Below, piece by piece: positions 1-8,805 of a stretch of DNA of 32,000 nt. Source of the stretch: Desulfobulbus propionicus DSM 2032 (lineage in GTDB: Bacteria; Desulfobacterota; Desulfobulbia; Desulfobulbales; Desulfobulbaceae); the NCBI RefSeq assembly GCF_000186885.1, contig NC_014972.1, forward strand, positions 3,660,001 through 3,692,000, given 5' to 3'. Position numbers and translations under genes: made by a program. Positions within the stretch are counted from its first letter, which is position 1. Each line of letters opens with the position of its first letter. Below the pieces are notes generated by a model, which had not been told where the DNA came from, ran no database searches, and saw only the letters and a program-made list of their open reading frames with translations.

Positions 1-162
1 CGCCCTGCAGCGATTGTGGCGGACCTTTGCCGCCGCCAGGGAATAACCTCATCCGCTCCACCGACAGCGTCCGATCCACTCGAGCCGTGTTGTCCAGAGG
101 CTCTTGTCTCCTCCATCCAGCCGCCTTCCTTGAACAAATTTCCTCCCGACAAGGCGCATATT

Positions 163-191
163 TTGCGCTTTGCCCGCAAATAGGCTATGTT
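163..191 (+). promoter_or_regulatory. candidate sigma-70-type promoter upstream of the cysteine synthase/CysRS-like fusion gene
   Basis: TTGCGC (163-168), 17-nt spacer, TATGTT (186-191), about 45 nt upstream of ATG 239. A 6-bp inverted repeat TTTGCG/CGCAAA (162-167 / 175-180) overlaps the -35. Motif match only. Confidence 0.3.
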
Positions 192-238
192 GTCGGCTGC
201 GTTTATCGTTTTGATTCCTTGAAACACCCGTGGCAAAC

Positions 239-2566
239 ATGAAACTCGTTGAATTAATAGGCAAGACTCCTCTGGTCGAGTTGGCTCGGCTCAATCCCGC
301 CGCTGGCAAGGTCCAACTGCTGGGCAAACTCGAATCCCGCAATCCCGGGGGCTCAATCAAGGACCGGGTTGCCCTGTCCATGGTCGAAGCCGCCGAAAAA
401 AGCGGCGAACTGACCCGCGACAAGATCCTCCTCGAAGCCACCAGCGGCAATACCGGTATCGGCATGGCCATGGTGTGCGCGGCCAAACAGTACCGTTGCC
501 AGCTGATCATGCCGGAATCGGCGTCCATCGAGCGACGGCTGATCATGCAGGCCTACGGCGCGGAGATCATCCTCACTCCGGCCAAGCGGGCCACCGACGG
601 AGCGATCGAGAAGGCCTATGCCCTGGCCCGCGAACATCCTGACCGCTACTTTCTCGCCGACCAATTCAACAACCCCGCCAACTGGCAAGCCCATTACACC
701 TCGACCGCGCCAGAGATCTGGCAACAGACAGAGGGCAAGGTCACCGACATCATCGTCACCTTGGGCACCTCGGGCACGGCCATGGGACTGTCCCGCTGGT
801 TCCGCGACCACCATCCCGAGGTGCGGGTGATTGCCGTGGAACCTCATCCCGGCCACAAGATCCAGGGGCTGAAGAACATGAAGGAGTCCTACAAACCCGG
901 CATCTTCGACAAAACCCTGCCCCATGCCATCGTCAACGTGGCCGATGCGGATGCCTTTGCCACCGTTCGCCGCCTGGCCGCCGAGGAGGGCGTTTTTGCC
1001 GGCATGAGCAGCGGCGCGGCCATGTTTGTCGCCATGGAGCGGGCCCGGGAAATCGACGGGGGATGCATCGTCGTCATCCTGCCCGACGGCGGTGAACGCT
1101 ACCTGAGCACCCCACTGTTCAAACAGCCGGCCAAGAGCAAGGAAGAGGCGTCGCAGCTGCGGTTGTTCAACACCATGACCCGGAAAAAAGAGGTCTTCCA
1201 ACCGATTCGCGACAACCGAGTGACCCTCTATGCCTGTGGGCCGACCGCCGCCGAATCGCCCAACATCGCCCACTGCCGCCGCCTCATCGTTGCCGATCTC
1301 ATCAACCGCTCCCTCCTCGCCCAGGGGTACGCGGTCGAACTGTACATGAACTTCACCGATCTCGACGACAACACCATCACCGGCGCCATTGACGCCGGCG
1401 CTGACCTGCGCGAGTTCACGGGACGATACATCGACGAGTTCAAGCAGGCCATCGAGGCCCTCAACGTGCAGCAGGCCACCGGCTATCCGCTCGCCTCCGA
1501 GCATGTCGGCCACATGATCGAAATCGCCCACGACCTGATCCACAAAGGATATGCTTACGAGAAACTCGGGTCGATCTATTTCGATATTTCCAAATTCAAA
1601 CACTACGGCCGCCTCTCGGGAATCGACTTGAGCAAAATCAAGATCGGCCAGACCGTGGACCTCGACAACTACGAGAAGGACAACCCCCGCGACTTCACCC
1701 TGCTCAAGCGGTCCACCCTGGCGGAGCTGAAAAAGGGCATTTTCTACGAAACCGACTGGGGCAATATCCGCCCCGGCTGGCATATCGAGTGCTCGGCCAT
1801 GTCGACCAACTATCTCGGGGAAACCATCGACATCCACACCGCCAGCCAGGATCTGCTCTTTCCTCATCACGAAAACGAGATCGCCATCGCCGAGGCCCTG
1901 ACCGGCAAACCGCTGGCCAACTACTGGCTCCACTCCGGTCAACTGCTCATGGACGGCCGCAAAATGGCCAAGGAAACCGGCAACGTGGTCACCCTGCGCG
2001 AGGTGCTGGACAGGGGCTACGGCGGCCGGGAACTGCGATTCATGCTCCTGGGCGTCCATTACCGCAAACCGCTGCTCTTCTCCTTCAAGCGGCTGAACGC
2101 GGCACGCACCGCGCTGCGGCGAATCGACGAATATACCCGCAAACTCCTCTGTCTGCCGGCGGGACTGCCCCATCCCGAACTGGCCAGCTATGTCTCCGAG
2201 CTGGAGCAGCGGTTTCATGACGCGATCAACGATGATCTGAACATCTCCGGGGCCATCGGTGCCCTGTTCAACTTCATCAAACAGACCAATCCGGTGGTTC
2301 AAGCCCGGCAGCTGGACCGCGACCAGAAAAACGATGTGCTTGAGGCGTTACGGATGGTGAACACGGTGCTCGGGGTGCTCCGCCTGGAACATTGCCCCCT
2401 GACGCCCGAAATTGATCGGCTCATTCGCCAACGCGAACGCGCCCGGCAGCTCAAGGACTGGACTGCCGCCGATTCAGCCCGTGAAGAGCTGCTGCGCAAA
2501 GGGGTGACCATCGTCGACACCGCGGCAGGCCCCATATGGGAACAGATCACCGAGGAAGTGAAATAG
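239..2566 (+). CDS. fusion protein: PLP-dependent cysteine synthase (CysK/CysM family) N-terminal domain plus full-length cysteinyl-tRNA synthetase-like C-terminal domain
   Basis: One uninterrupted 775-aa frame; ATG 239 preferred over the in-frame GTG 230. The N-terminal ~300 aa carry cysteine synthase motifs: GGSIKDR (PLP lysine), TSGNTG, GTSGT and GERYLST. After a ~12-aa linker the CysRS-like part starts at LRLFNTMTRKKEVF and keeps CGPT, GWHIECSAM and FPHHENEIA (the Zn/cysteine pocket), plus the DDLN...LF anticodon-domain region and a C-terminal KDWxxAD tail. HIGH reads NIAH (1262-1273) and KMSKS reads KMAKE (1961-1975). Confidence 0.9.
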   Translation: MKLVELIGKTPLVELARLNPAAGKVQLLGKLESRNPGGSIKDRVALSMVEAAEKSGELTRDKILLEATSGNTGIGMAMVCAAKQYRCQLIMPESASIERRLIMQAYGAEIILTPAKRATDGAIEKAYALAREHPDRYFLADQFNNPANWQAHYTSTAPEIWQQTEGKVTDIIVTLGTSGTAMGLSRWFRDHHPEVRVIAVEPHPGHKIQGLKNMKESYKPGIFDKTLPHAIVNVADADAFATVRRLAAEEGVFAGMSSGAAMFVAMERAREIDGGCIVVILPDGGERYLSTPLFKQPAKSKEEASQLRLFNTMTRKKEVFQPIRDNRVTLYACGPTAAESPNIAHCRRLIVADLINRSLLAQGYAVELYMNFTDLDDNTITGAIDAGADLREFTGRYIDEFKQAIEALNVQQATGYPLASEHVGHMIEIAHDLIHKGYAYEKLGSIYFDISKFKHYGRLSGIDLSKIKIGQTVDLDNYEKDNPRDFTLLKRSTLAELKKGIFYETDWGNIRPGWHIECSAMSTNYLGETIDIHTASQDLLFPHHENEIAIAEALTGKPLANYWLHSGQLLMDGRKMAKETGNVVTLREVLDRGYGGRELRFMLLGVHYRKPLLFSFKRLNAARTALRRIDEYTRKLLCLPAGLPHPELASYVSELEQRFHDAINDDLNISGAIGALFNFIKQTNPVVQARQLDRDQKNDVLEALRMVNTVLGVLRLEHCPLTPEIDRLIRQRERARQLKDWTAADSAREELLRKGVTIVDTAAGPIWEQITEEVK

Positions 2567-2588
2567 GCCGACTTCTTTTTCGGCAGGG

Positions 2589-3149
2589 TCAGTGGACAAC
2601 CCCTTCTTGCCTGGCCACCTTCACAAAGGTCCTGAAAAGGATGTGCAGGTCGAGCAGGAGGGATCGGTGTTGCAGATAGTATTCGTCATAGCCAACCTTC
2701 ACTGGAATGGGCAGATCATCCCTGCCGTTGATCTGCGCCCATCCAGTGAGACCTGGCGTCAATCGATGGATGCCCTTTCGAGTCCGCAGTTCAATGAGGT
2801 CGTCTTGATTGAACAATGCCGGCCGGGGACCGACAAAGCTCATATCTCCCTTGATAATGCTGAACAACTGCGGCAATTCATCCAAGCTGCTTTTGCGCAG
2901 AAATTTGCCGATCACCGTGAGATAATGATCGGGATTTTCGAGCAAATGCGTGGCCACCACCGGGGTGTTGACCTGCATGGTGCGAAATTTGGGCATTTTG
3001 AAGAGGGCGTTGTCTCTCCCGACCCGATCGGACCAGTACAGGACGGGCCCTTTCGAGGTGAGCTTAATCAACAGGGCCACCACTGCCATCGGCAGGGCCA
3101 ACACCGCGGCCAGGCAAAGGGCCATCACGACATCAATCATTCTTTTCAT
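2589..3149 (-). CDS. small polyprenyl-phosphate sugar phosphotransferase (bacterial sugar transferase family, PglC/WbaP C-terminal-domain type)
   Basis: 186 aa from ATG 3149 (MKRMIDVV). It has one N-terminal hydrophobic helix, then [23 protein letters not shown] and TGWAQ(I)NGR motifs typical of this family. The ORF-track N-terminal extension to 3533 is Cys/Arg-rich and overlaps the upstream epimerase gene, so I trimmed it. Confidence 0.85.
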   Translation of the reverse strand: MKRMIDVVMALCLAAVLALPMAVVALLIKLTSKGPVLYWSDRVGRDNALFKMPKFRTMQVNTPVVATHLLENPDHYLTVIGKFLRKSSLDELPQLFSIIKGDMSFVGPRPALFNQDDLIELRTRKGIHRLTPGLTGWAQINGRDDLPIPVKVGYDEYYLQHRSLLLDLHILFRTFVKVARQEGVVH

Positions 3150-4143
3150 GCAAAAACCCTGCGGCAGCCCGCCGCATTCCTTCGTTGACGCTGATCGGCG
3201 GCAGCCATCCCAGCACTTCGCGCGCCTTGCTGATATCAACCTGCAACGACATGCACAAGCGCCGCCACATATCCGTTTTTCCCAGGAGCGCAGCCCCGCC
3301 CTTGAGGATGGACGGTGGCACGGGCAGCAAGCGTGCCGGCGTGCCCAACGCCTGGCCGACATTGACCAAGAGTTCCGCCGTGGACAGATCGTGGCCATCG
3401 GCAACGAAAAAGACCTGATTGGCGGCGGCGGGATGCCCGAGGCAGGTAACGATAAAATCAACGAGATTGTCGAGGGCGAGCAGACTGCGCCGGTTGTGCA
3501 ACGCTCCCAGAGGCAGAGGCAGCCCCCTGGCAACCCAGTCCATCATCCGGCGAAAATTCGCCTTGACCCCTGGACCGTACACCAAGGGAGGGCGGATGAC
3601 AGTCACAGCCATGCCGCTTTGGGCCGCAATCCGGGACAAGCCAACCTCGGCTTCATATTTGGAAATGCTGTAGGCGTCTTGCGGATTCGGAGCATCTTGC
3701 TCGGTAAACGGTCGACCTGGTGGAGAACATTCACCATTCACCTTGACCGAACTGAGAAAAATGAAGCGCTTGGCCCCGGCCGCCGCAGCCTGACGGGCCA
3801 GGTTGAGCGTTCCCTCTGTATTGACGACCCGGTACTCGGATAAAGCCCTGCTCCCGCTGTCGGCCAGCACGTGCACCTTCGCGGCAGTGTGGATGACTGC
3901 GTCAACGCCGGCAAGGGCATGGCCCCACTCTGTCTGCCCGCATAACGCGCCCACCGTTACCTGCTCCACCCGCCCATCCATGGAGGGGATTCTTTGCCGG
4001 GCAGCGGCTCGAACGAGATAATTTTCTTCTCCTGCCGCTGAACACGATGCAGAAGAACACGGAGCAGCGAGGACGCTCCAAGCCAGCCGTTCCACCACGG
4101 CCCTGCCGAGAAAACCATTCGCCCCGGTGACCAGAACCCTCAC
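3133..4143 (-). CDS. NAD-dependent sugar epimerase/dehydratase (extended SDR family)
   Basis: Contains [11 protein letters not shown] (Rossmann GxxGxxG) and YSISK (the YxxxK catalytic pair), with UDP-sugar 4-epimerase-like length. Preferred start is GTG 4143, forming a GTGA overlap with the stop of the upstream glycosyltransferase and preceded by AAGAGG 7 nt upstream. TTG 4161 is the alternative. The 3' end overlaps the sugar transferase start by 17 nt. Confidence 0.85.
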   Translation of the reverse strand: MRVLVTGANGFLGRAVVERLAWSVLAAPCSSASCSAAGEENYLVRAAARQRIPSMDGRVEQVTVGALCGQTEWGHALAGVDAVIHTAAKVHVLADSGSRALSEYRVVNTEGTLNLARQAAAAGAKRFIFLSSVKVNGECSPPGRPFTEQDAPNPQDAYSISKYEAEVGLSRIAAQSGMAVTVIRPPLVYGPGVKANFRRMMDWVARGLPLPLGALHNRRSLLALDNLVDFIVTCLGHPAAANQVFFVADGHDLSTAELLVNVGQALGTPARLLPVPPSILKGGAALLGKTDMWRRLCMSLQVDISKAREVLGWLPPISVNEGMRRAAAGFLHEKND

Positions 4144-5267
4144 CCTCTTACCTCTTCCCAAACCCGCATGGTTTCCCGCGCGATTCGTTCCTCAGCAAAC
4201 TCTGCGATGACCATCTCCCGCCCAAAGCGTCCCATCCGCATCCTGAGCTCCGGATCATGGAGTAATTTTTCCACTGCCGCGGCCAGAGCCCTGCCATCCT
4301 TCAGTGGAACCAGAAGACCGTTCCGCTCGTGGACCACCACTTCACGGCATCCGGAAACATCATAGGTGACAATTGGTCGCCCGCAGCTCGCGGCTTCGAG
4401 CAACGCCTTGGGAAGCCCCTCGCCATAGGATGGCAGGCAAACGATTGCCGCCTGCCGCAGCACCTCAGGCATGTCATCACAATACCCCCACCATTCGACA
4501 ACGCCTTCCTTTTTCCATGCTTCGAGTTGGCCTCTTGGCACGCATTCGGGATTATGCTCGTCAGGGTCACCCACTAGGGCAAAACGAGCCGCTATCCCCT
4601 TTGCCTTGATGGCGCGAGCACATTCGACAAAATCGCCGATCCCCTTATCCCATAGCATGCGCCCTGGCAGGACCACCAGGGGCAGCCCGACAGCCTCCGG
4701 TTGAGGGGAAAAAATCGATGTGTTGACACCGGCGCCGCGTATCAATCGAATCTGCTCTTCTGCAATGATACGATGCCTTATGATGACGTGTTGATCATCA
4801 ATATTTTGCAATATCAACCGATTTTTTTTGCCACTTAAGGCATAACGAAGCGCAATTATGATAAGGGGACGAATGAATCGGGCATATCTTTTTTGAGAAG
4901 AAAAGATAAAACCAAGTCCCCCTAAAGCAAAAACACATCGTATTGCATCTATTCCCTTGCACGCTATCGAAGAATACAATACTGGCTTCATTGCCACTGC
5001 ATGAACAATCTTCGGTCGAATATCCTTGATCATTTGGCGCAACTTGACAATGGAATACACCTCAAGAATTATATTGATAGAACTTCTATTAATATTCCAA
5101 TTGTAAACATTAATTCCTTTTTTTTCTATAATCTCTTTATATTTATTACCATGGGTTATCAATACAACCCTATATCCATTATCGAGGGCATGTTGAGCCA
5201 AATGAAGACGATGCGACACAAAGTACGAGTCTTCAGCAACCACAAAAAGTATCGTATCCAACAGCAT
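4140..5267 (-). CDS. GT-B fold glycosyltransferase (family 1/GT4-like)
   Basis: 375 aa. The C-terminal domain has PSYGEGLPKALLEAASCGRPIV (E-x7-E type motif) and NGLLVP. The N-terminal domain is encoded by strikingly AT-rich DNA (about 4745-5265). Confidence 0.85.
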   Translation of the reverse strand: MLLDTILFVVAEDSYFVSHRLHLAQHALDNGYRVVLITHGNKYKEIIEKKGINVYNWNINRSSINIILEVYSIVKLRQMIKDIRPKIVHAVAMKPVLYSSIACKGIDAIRCVFALGGLGFIFSSQKRYARFIRPLIIIALRYALSGKKNRLILQNIDDQHVIIRHRIIAEEQIRLIRGAGVNTSIFSPQPEAVGLPLVVLPGRMLWDKGIGDFVECARAIKAKGIAARFALVGDPDEHNPECVPRGQLEAWKKEGVVEWWGYCDDMPEVLRQAAIVCLPSYGEGLPKALLEAASCGRPIVTYDVSGCREVVVHERNGLLVPLKDGRALAAAVEKLLHDPELRMRMGRFGREMVIAEFAEERIARETMRVWEEVRG

Positions 5268-5306
5268 TCCTCTAGTGTATCAGGAGAACGTACAGGCCGT
5301 TTCTCG

Positions 5307-6440
5307 TCAGACGTTGTGCCCCATCCATAAATCCCGATAGGCGCGAACCATTGTCTCGAGAAGAAAACGCCCGACAATACGCTGACGCGCCGCCTGCCTG
5401 CGTTGTTCCCATGCAAACCTATCCTGCATTTCCTGCAATGCTCCGGCCAGAGCCGTCGCCAACTGTTCTGGATTTGCTGGCGGCACCACCCATCCCGTAT
5501 CGCCGACAATCTCAGCCGCGTCTCCCACATCGGTCACCACACAGGGGGTTGCGCACGCCATGGCTTCCGCAACCACGTTGGGAAAGGCCTCGCCGCCAAC
5601 GCTGCTCAACACGTGCAGGTCCAACGCATTCATAACCGCGGGAATATCGTCCCGCTGCCCGAGAAGCATCACCTGATGTTCAATTCCGGCTTCCCGGATG
5701 GCATGCATCAACGCCTCTTGATGTCGATCCATGCCCGTGCCCACCAGCACACAACGGAACGGACACGATCGCTTCGACAAAATCATCAAGGCCTGTAGCA
5801 GGGTACGATGATCCTTCTGCGGATTAAATCGGGCAACCATGCCAATAACAGGAATTGCATGCCCGCCCCCCCAGCAGGCGGTTCGCATGGCGGAGCGGGC
5901 AGCTGAATCGGGCGAAAATTCCGCACAATCGTAGCCATTGGGAATAACCGTCACCTTTTTCCCGTCATATCCGAGTGCTTTGTGTAGTTCAGATGCATTG
6001 ACCGAGCAAAACACAATACCTGCGGGAATCCAGCGCGACAGGATGGCACCGAGGCGGGCGATGACGACGGTACTCCACCGTGTCGTTCCCGGTTGAAAAT
6101 CCGAATGGCGAATCCCCCAGAACACGGCATGATTTCCCGCAAGGCGAGCGATGACACCACCAAGGATGTTGGCGTGATACATCCATGTCTGGACAATGTC
6201 CGGCCGGAGGGTGCGCACAAGGGACCACAACCTCCACAGGGCAGAAAGTCTCAATCGTCCCCGTGGCATTTGCAAACAGTAGACCGAAACACCGGCCCGT
6301 TCCAATCGATCGCCGTATTTCCCCCTATCGGTCAAGGAAATGACGGTGTGGCAATTTTGCCTGTCGTGGACACAGAGCCGAAACAAAACGCCTTCCGCTC
6401 CGCCGTCGGCAAGCCCGGTGATAATATGCAGAATATTCAT
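5307..6440 (-). CDS. GT-B fold glycosyltransferase (family 1/GT4-like)
   Basis: 377 aa. The N-terminus MNILHIITGLADGGAEG is typical of GT4 enzymes. The C-terminal domain has SSVGGEAFPNVVAEAMACATPCVVTDVG and is co-oriented with the neighbouring glycan genes. Confidence 0.85.
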   Translation of the reverse strand: MNILHIITGLADGGAEGVLFRLCVHDRQNCHTVISLTDRGKYGDRLERAGVSVYCLQMPRGRLRLSALWRLWSLVRTLRPDIVQTWMYHANILGGVIARLAGNHAVFWGIRHSDFQPGTTRWSTVVIARLGAILSRWIPAGIVFCSVNASELHKALGYDGKKVTVIPNGYDCAEFSPDSAARSAMRTACWGGGHAIPVIGMVARFNPQKDHRTLLQALMILSKRSCPFRCVLVGTGMDRHQEALMHAIREAGIEHQVMLLGQRDDIPAVMNALDLHVLSSVGGEAFPNVVAEAMACATPCVVTDVGDAAEIVGDTGWVVPPANPEQLATALAGALQEMQDRFAWEQRRQAARQRIVGRFLLETMVRAYRDLWMGHNV

Positions 6441-6471
6441 GCCATCCGTGCTCTACCCAGGAACGATCCCG

Positions 6472-7314
6472 TCAATACAACCGCAGCAATTTGTCCATCT
6501 CTTCCGGTTTCATGGAAAAGCTATGGGCCTCGGTCGGAAAGACGCGGTTTTCCACCTCGGCCTTGTACTGGGCAAGGGCCTCGATGACCGGGCCGTTGAT
6601 TTTGATATACTGCTTGACAAATTTGGGGGTAAACCGGTCGTACATGCCGACCAGGTCATGAATCACCAGGACCTGGCCGTCGCAGCCCGGTCCAGCGCCG
6701 ATACCGATGGTGGGGATGGAAATCTCGCGGGTGATGTGCTCGGCCAGGGGGGCGGGAATGGCCTCAAGGACGATGGAGAAGCATCCAGCCTCTTCAAGGG
6801 CACGGGCATCCTCGAGCAACTGTCGGGCCGCTTGGGCGCTCTTGCCCTGCACTTTGAAACCGCCGAGGCTGGTGGCGGTCTGCGGCGTCAAGCCGATATG
6901 GCCTTGCACCGGAATGCCGGCGTTGACGATGGCCGCCACGGTCGGCGCCATGGTCACGCCGCCCTCGATTTTGACCGCATCGGCCCGGCCCTCCTTGAGA
7001 ATGCGGGTGGCGTTGTTGATGGCCGCCGGAATCGAGCTGTTATAGGAGCCAAAGGGCATGTCGGTGATCACCAGGGCGCGTTCGACACCGCGCACCACCG
7101 CCTTGGTGTGGTGGATCATCTCTTCCATGGTCACCGAGACCGTGTCCGGATAGCCCAGCACCACCATGCCCAAACTGTCCCCCACCAACACGACGTCAAT
7201 CCCGGCTGCGTCCGCCGCCTTGGCCCAAGGATAGTCATAGGCGGTGATTTCGGCAATGGGTGTACCGTTTTTGCGATTTCTGAGGTCAGGGATGGTCAGC
7301 TTTTTCTGGTGCAT
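6472..7314 (-). CDS. panB: 3-methyl-2-oxobutanoate hydroxymethyltransferase (ketopantoate hydroxymethyltransferase)
   Basis: 280 aa from ATG 7314 (MHQKKLTIPDL). Full-length PanB-like sequence with TAYDY, VGDSLGMV.LGY, DMPFGSY, VKIEGG, GHIGLTPQ and IGIGAG. Confidence 0.95.
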   Translation of the reverse strand: MHQKKLTIPDLRNRKNGTPIAEITAYDYPWAKAADAAGIDVVLVGDSLGMVVLGYPDTVSVTMEEMIHHTKAVVRGVERALVITDMPFGSYNSSIPAAINNATRILKEGRADAVKIEGGVTMAPTVAAIVNAGIPVQGHIGLTPQTATSLGGFKVQGKSAQAARQLLEDARALEEAGCFSIVLEAIPAPLAEHITREISIPTIGIGAGPGCDGQVLVIHDLVGMYDRFTPKFVKQYIKINGPVIEALAQYKAEVENRVFPTEAHSFSMKPEEMDKLLRLY

Positions 7315-8291
7315 GAAGTCTCCTTGGCTCGCGAGGGCCGCTGTGAGGATGAACATTCTATTCGCTGGGAGGCGGTTGCTTCCAGGGCTGTGATCAACTG
7401 GGTGAGCAGCAGGTTGACCGGGGTGGGCACGCCGACTTCACGCCCCTTGGCGACTATGGCGCCGTTGATGGCCTCGATCTCGGTGGTCGCGCCCCGGAGG
7501 ATATCCTGGAGCATGGATGCCTGGTTGGCGCCGGTCAACAGGCAGACCTCCCTGACCCGCTCACGCTGCTCCTCGTAATCCATGGGAATCCGCAGCGCCC
7601 TGGCAACGGCCACAGCCTCGTCCACGGCCTGGTTCATGAGCGTCGCGCATGCCGGCATTTGGGCCAGGACGCCATTGGGCACGCGCAACAGGGCAGCCAG
7701 GGCATTGATGCCGACATTGACGATCAGTTTGGACCACACAAGGCTGACGCTGTCCTTGGAGATGCGGGTGTCGATCCCTGCCCGGTTGAACAGTTCGGCA
7801 ATGGCCGCAATTTTTGCTTGCTGCCCCTCTTGCCCCGGGCCGGCGGCAAGCACGGTTGCCCCGCATCCGGCATGGCGGACATGACCAGGGGCCAGCAGGG
7901 TGGCTGCTTGGGCGGTGATGCCGGCGGCGGCCCGCGCTGGGCCGACCACGGCGGCGATCTGCTCCAGATTGCCCAAGCCGTTCTGCAGGGTGAGGACCAG
8001 CCCTTGCTCGGCCAGGAGCATTCGGGCGGTTACCGCAGCCGCATGGGTGGCCTGGGCCTTGGTGCAGAGGAGAACCAGGTCGGCCTGGCGGCCACAGTCG
8101 TCAGGGGCGGCGCACACGCGGATGCGGACGGTGTGTGTTGTCCCGTCCATTTCCGTCAGCATCAAGCCATCCCGATTGATGACCCGGGCATGGGTGCTGT
8201 TGGTGGTGTAGAGGCGCACCGATGCCACCGGAGCGAGCAGCGCCCCGAACAGACCGCCCATGGCGCCGGCACCGATGATCAGTATGTCCAT
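7296..8291 (-). CDS. panE: 2-dehydropantoate 2-reductase (ketopantoate reductase, ApbA/PanE family)
   Basis: Starts MDILIIGAGAMGG (Rossmann). Also has LLCTKA, LQNG, SKLIVNVGINAL, and ASMLQDI..G..TEIE.INGAIV in the C-terminal domain. The 3' tail overlaps the panB start by 19 nt. Confidence 0.9.
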   Translation of the reverse strand: MDILIIGAGAMGGLFGALLAPVASVRLYTTNSTHARVINRDGLMLTEMDGTTHTVRIRVCAAPDDCGRQADLVLLCTKAQATHAAAVTARMLLAEQGLVLTLQNGLGNLEQIAAVVGPARAAAGITAQAATLLAPGHVRHAGCGATVLAAGPGQEGQQAKIAAIAELFNRAGIDTRISKDSVSLVWSKLIVNVGINALAALLRVPNGVLAQMPACATLMNQAVDEAVAVARALRIPMDYEEQRERVREVCLLTGANQASMLQDILRGATTEIEAINGAIVAKGREVGVPTPVNLLLTQLITALEATASQRIECSSSQRPSRAKETSCTRKS

Positions 8292-8302
8292 TCCTCTCCT
8301 TG

Positions 8303-8318
8303 TGGCCAGACTGCTGCC
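8303..8318 (+). promoter_or_regulatory. candidate sigma-54 (-24/-12) promoter element
   Basis: TGGCCAGACTGCTGCC has GG and GC at the canonical 12-nt register of TGGCACG-N4-TTGCW, and lies in the divergent panE / small-ORF intergenic region. It is about 190 nt upstream of ORF 8506 and the sigma-54 activator gene. Motif only. Confidence 0.3.
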
Positions 8319-8505
8319 GAACGAATCCCACTGCCAATTCCTGGAAAATTCTCTGTGCGCAGTTATAAACCATCGTCAAAAAAGATCAACGTCGAACACT
8401 TTCCCCACTCTGGAGGGAAGCTAGGGTTTGCACTGCCGGGCACAAAAGGGTAGACTTCTGCGGCTGCCCTGCCCATTCCACATCGCCCCCATGCGGAGAA
8501 CGAAG

Positions 8506-8751
8506 ATGCACCTGTATATCTGGCGTCACAGCAAGCGTTTTTCCAGCTGGTCCATGCTCGATGAACCGCACATCCACCGAGAGAATTACCTGCAGGCCGA
8601 CGTCACGGTGCTGGCTCGGTCCAGGGACGAAGCCCTGCATCTGTTGGCGAAGAACGGCAACTGGAACATCGAGGAACTGCAACGCATCGAACCAGAAACG
8701 ATCCCCCTGGATGCGCCCCGCATCGTCATCAGCCATGTTGATTGCCAGTAA
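8506..8751 (+). CDS. hypothetical small protein (81 aa)
   Basis: ATG 8506 is preceded by GGAG (8495-8498) 7 nt upstream, and third codon positions are G/C-rich like neighbouring genes. I recognise no motif. It sits 54 nt upstream of the sigma-54 activator. Confidence 0.5.
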   Translation: MHLYIWRHSKRFSSWSMLDEPHIHRENYLQADVTVLARSRDEALHLLAKNGNWNIEELQRIEPETIPLDAPRIVISHVDCQ

Positions 8752-8805
8752 TCTGCTGCCCCCTACACGGCCCGCCGCCTGCGCCATCCTTTGACGACCC
8801 GACCA

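Noticed and set aside
1-229. Possible 3' end of an upstream gene at the window edge (frame 2 open to TAA 44-46; frame 1 open to TAG 181-183) and the 71-aa ORF at 27-242
   Set aside because: The region is too short and lacks motifs, so I cannot decide which frame, if any, is coding. It is left unannotated.
353-2302. 649-aa ORF antisense to the cysteine synthase/CysRS-like gene
   Set aside because: It mirrors a GC-rich gene with clear sense-strand homology. Its translation is low-complexity (Gly/Val/Ala/Asp-rich) with no motifs. This is the typical shadow ORF of high-GC DNA.
2566-2583. Hairpin GCCGA-N8-TCGGC in the 22-nt gap between the convergent cysK/cysS-like and sugar-transferase genes
   Set aside because: It has only a 5-bp stem with an 8-nt loop and no clean U tract on either strand. 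That is insufficient to call a bidirectional terminator.
6340-7578. Long antisense or alternative-frame ORFs over known genes (for example 6340-7578 +, 9172-10368 -, 10778-11773 -, 12683-13978 -, 14509-15462 -, 15517-16383 -, 18858-19628 -, 23297-24145 -, 24735-25610 -, 25468-26415 -)
   Set aside because: Each lies opposite or out of frame to a gene with strong family motifs and shows biased low-complexity composition. None has an independent RBS or motif support.
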